Virus record (IMG/VR): IMGVR_UViG_3300010429_000664
Coordinates: 26,066 to 90,065 of that record
Source: a virus
Taxonomy: Duplodnaviria; Caudoviricetes
Reading direction: 5' to 3' (one strand)
DNA: 64,000 nt
The notes below the pieces were generated by a model, which saw nothing but the letters and a program-made list of their open reading frames with translations, did no database searches and was not told the origin of the DNA. This document shows positions 61,301-64,000 of the stretch, in pieces (the stretch's first letter is position 1; every line of letters begins with the position of its first letter). Both the position numbers and the translations under genes were made by a program.

Positions 61301-63357
61301 ACATAATATTTACCAGCAGGATGATACTGCAATCTCAAGATATCGCCCTCTCGTACCTCCAAAGGTTTGCTCATATTTCATCCTCAACTTTATGTGTTAT
61401 ACAAATCAAGGCCACGAGACACAAAAGAATAATAATGCCGTTTATCATATAGCCAACTCCTTGTTGAATTTTACTATTGCATATTCGTCCTGTTCCAATC
61501 CCAGTTTTTTAGCAAACGCTTCTGCATCCTCGTAATGCTCAAACTCAACTGCCCCGTCAGCTTCGTTTGTTTCTCCGAACACCTTTACGTAAGGAAGACA
61601 AGTATCAACATATACAAGATAATACACAGCATCCTCCTTGCTATCGATTGGAACGCAGTCAGCTTTCAACACTAAAACGTTTGCTCTATACTTAGGACTA
61701 TAACATAGAAAATACTTCTTGTCTATATCTTCCAACAGTTCTATGGTATCAACAAATCTCTCATTTTCATACTGCTTAACCTTATAACTATCTACTTTGA
61801 ATTTCATTTTAGTCTCCTTTCATCCGCATCAAATCAATTACTCGTATATCAAACTCATCTTCAAACCAGTGCCAGATATCATATCGGTTTGTGCCTATTT
61901 CAAAATGCAAAAAAGGTTCTTCAATGTTTTCATTCAAATCAATCGGGATATTTCCTAAGTCTCGCCACAATTTTTTGACTCTATCGGGAATATTATGTTT
62001 CTTGCTGTGTTTCATTAGTACCTCCTATCGTATATTTCCTGTATTTGGCATATCAAAAAAGGCTATCCTACAGTTAGCTCCTATAATCTTTTTCATATTA
62101 ATAACCTCCTTTATTTTGAATTTTCAAGTATAGGTCAAATAGAAAATGATACCGTGCGTTGTCTAGTTTGATTTTCCAGTTCCTACCCTTGTATATCGTT
62201 ATTGGATGAAAGAACGGTATTTTTTCTGGCGGAGTGTTTTTGTTGTATTTTTTTTCCAATTCGACTATTTCTTTGCGTAAGACCGCGATTGCTCTCCGTT
62301 TATTCATATACATCCTCCCGCCTATGATTGTGTTTCGGTATCAATTTTAGATATTTCCATAATACCGTTATCCGACCGATAAACACACCACCTACCAATC
62401 GAAAACTCAAACATTTTATCATCGGTACAATCGTAACCACTTAAAAAAACTGTGTTCTCCTTTTTCACAGTGAAATGCCCTAAAAAGTATCCATCCCTAA
62501 GACTTTCCGACTTTGTGTCTATTCGTACCTTTGTCGCTCCATCTCCCACACCATTATCGAAAAAAGCCGACATCGTATCGCTGAAAATTTTAATAGTTCC
62601 CATATCGCTATAAGTCTTATATGTTTTCACATTTCATCTCCTTCTGCCAGATGTCTAGTTGCACAATCAACACAAACAAAATCGTCGTCAAACTCAAAAA
62701 CATCGGTTTCATTCCAATCCATATCGCATCCGCACCAATCGCATTTTGTATTGTTGTTATCGTTTGTCATATCAATCGCCTCCTTCTGTTGCATGTCCTT
62801 CACATAAATCGCATCTGTTATCACATTTAGGACACCCAAACACTGTTGTTATTATCACGCTTTCAGGACAATCGTGCCGAAATAACTGAATTTCTTCTCC
62901 GCAGTTCTCGCAATATTCTTTATTATTCATATAACCTCACTCGTTATCACTCAAATAATTATTTAGTTCATCCCTTAACATATCCAACTGCACAAAAGCA
63001 TCTTCCATATCGGATAAACGTGACTCAATATTACGTTTAATTCTAGCTAACTCCTCAACTGCGATTTTATCATTATATTTCTGTGCGTCGAAAATCTGTT
63101 TACTCAAGCAATCGCTCCATTCGTCGTAATGCGCTCCGATATTATCAAGTAAATCAACAACTTGTTCGATATTGTATTTGTCAGCGCGTTTCATCTTTTA
63201 TTCCTCCTTCCTTCGTTCATTTTTCTAAGACGTTCCTGTTTGTCCAACCACGACCGTATTTTTACTGCATTGTCTATCAGTTCATTCCACGTTCCCTTCC
63301 CGTTAAGCTTTCCCTCGCGTTGCATCTGTTTCATTGCTAAATTAAAAATGTTCATAT
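58396..63357 (-). other. Array of small early-type hypothetical genes, many acidic or CxxC zinc-ribbon proteins
   Basis: About 20 tightly packed 45-120 aa ORFs with strong GGAGG/GAGG RBSs, including hand-found 60856..60993 and 62772..62930. Confidence 0.7.
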
Positions 63358-63377
63358 TTTTCTCTTATTTAGTTTGT

Positions 63378-64000
63378 TTACTTGTTATTGCGTTCGACTT
63401 CGCATATTACTTCGCATTTCTTGACTCTTATTTTTTTATCATAATCATATATCGGAATACAAGATATGTCCGCAATATCTACTTTCACTAAGAGTGTTTT
63501 TGTTCCATATTCTAACGTAGCTTCTAACGTGGGAGATAGAGAAATACCAATCGAACAAGAAGCCCAAATGTCACTATCGGCATAGATTACTTCATGCACT
63601 CCGATGGTATATTTTATTTTAACGGGGGAACACGGAGATTCCATACTATCAGTTACCCCCTTATAGAGATAGATAAAATTATCTTCTCGCCTAAGATTAA
63701 ATTTATTAATATATTCTCCAATAGTCGGTACATTATATTGAGGTATTTTGGACAAGTCTGCACCGGACACGTTTGCACCGGACAAGTCTGCACCGGACAA
63801 GTTTGCAACGTACAAGTCTGCACGAGACAAGTTTGCACCGTACAAGTCTGCACCGGACAAGTCTGCACCGGACACGTTTGCACCGGACAAGTTTGCACCG
63901 GACAAGTCTGCACCGGACAAGTTTGCACCGTACAAGTCTGCACCGGACAAGTTTGCACCGGACAAGTCTGCACCGGACAAGTTTGCAACGTACAAGTCTG
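63378..64000 (-). CDS. Pentapeptide-repeat protein (5' end beyond window)
   Basis: A[ND]LSG repeats, then a C-terminal domain (YLYKGV...C..GI); the frame is open to the window edge. Confidence 0.88.
   Translation of the reverse strand, partial: DLYVANLSGADLSGANLSGADLYGANLSGADLSGANLSGANVSGADLSGADLYGANLSRADLYVANLSGADLSGANVSGADLSKIPQYNVPTIGEYINKFNLRREDNFIYLYKGVTDSMESPCSPVKIKYTIGVHEVIYADSDIWASCSIGISLSPTLEATLEYGTKTLLVKVDIADISCIPIYDYDKKIRVKKCEVICEVERNNK
63750..64000. repeat. 15-bp tandem repeat encoding the pentapeptide units
   Basis: About 16-17 contiguous copies of GGACAAGT[CT]TGCACC with few variants and no spacers. Confidence 0.95.

Noticed and set aside
2383-63988. Numerous short ORF-track entries antisense to or overlapping long genes (e.g. 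2383..2601, 31818..32210, 50058..50447, 63653..63988)
   Set aside because: They are shadows of well-supported genes, with no RBS or motif support.
1-64000. Genome-wide TAG reassignment
   Set aside because: Long genes have no internal TAG, TAG ends several genes at normal junctions (e.g. 52087, 56100, 58396), and no CUA-anticodon tRNA was seen.
63750-64000. CRISPR-like array
   Set aside because: Contiguous 15-bp units without spacers that encode pentapeptide repeats; no cas genes.

Overview
A 64-kb, AT-rich segment of a large tailed dsDNA phage (or prophage) genome. Positions 1-10281 (+) are the distal tail operon: probable tail chaperones, a 1003-aa tape measure protein, Dit/hub-like and fibre-like proteins, and a CAP-domain gene. 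The rest is on the - strand. It holds a cytoplasmic glycan-synthesis cluster (three paralogous GT2 domains, LicD, TagD-type cytidylyltransferase, WbqC, PIG-L deacetylase, DUF115/Maf-like) and a replication/recombination/nucleotide block (split Rad50 + Mre11, intein-containing PolB, class II RNR, RecA, RuvC- and Hjc-like resolvases, primase-polymerase, 5'-3' exonuclease, dNMP kinase, dUTPase, deaminases). It also holds an RNA ligase, two atypical tRNA genes, several transporters, a tyrosine recombinase, a membrane-anchored RuvB-like ATPase and an array of small early-type genes. The most striking candidate new system is a contiguous block encoding ClpP, a membrane-anchored trypsin-like protease, an RseP-type site-2 protease and a LolA/RseB-like exported protein. 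This parallels the DegS-RseP-ClpP-RseB regulated intramembrane proteolysis cascade. Other highlights are the glycan cluster next to the tail genes, an in-frame TAG splitting the hub-like tail protein, a 94-nt tRNA-like RNA, an Asp-bodied tRNA with a Val anticodon, a promoter-driven ~270-nt structured RNA candidate, and ten near-identical sigma70-type promoters, two apparently leaderless. All family assignments come from motif recognition by eye; no database searches were run.
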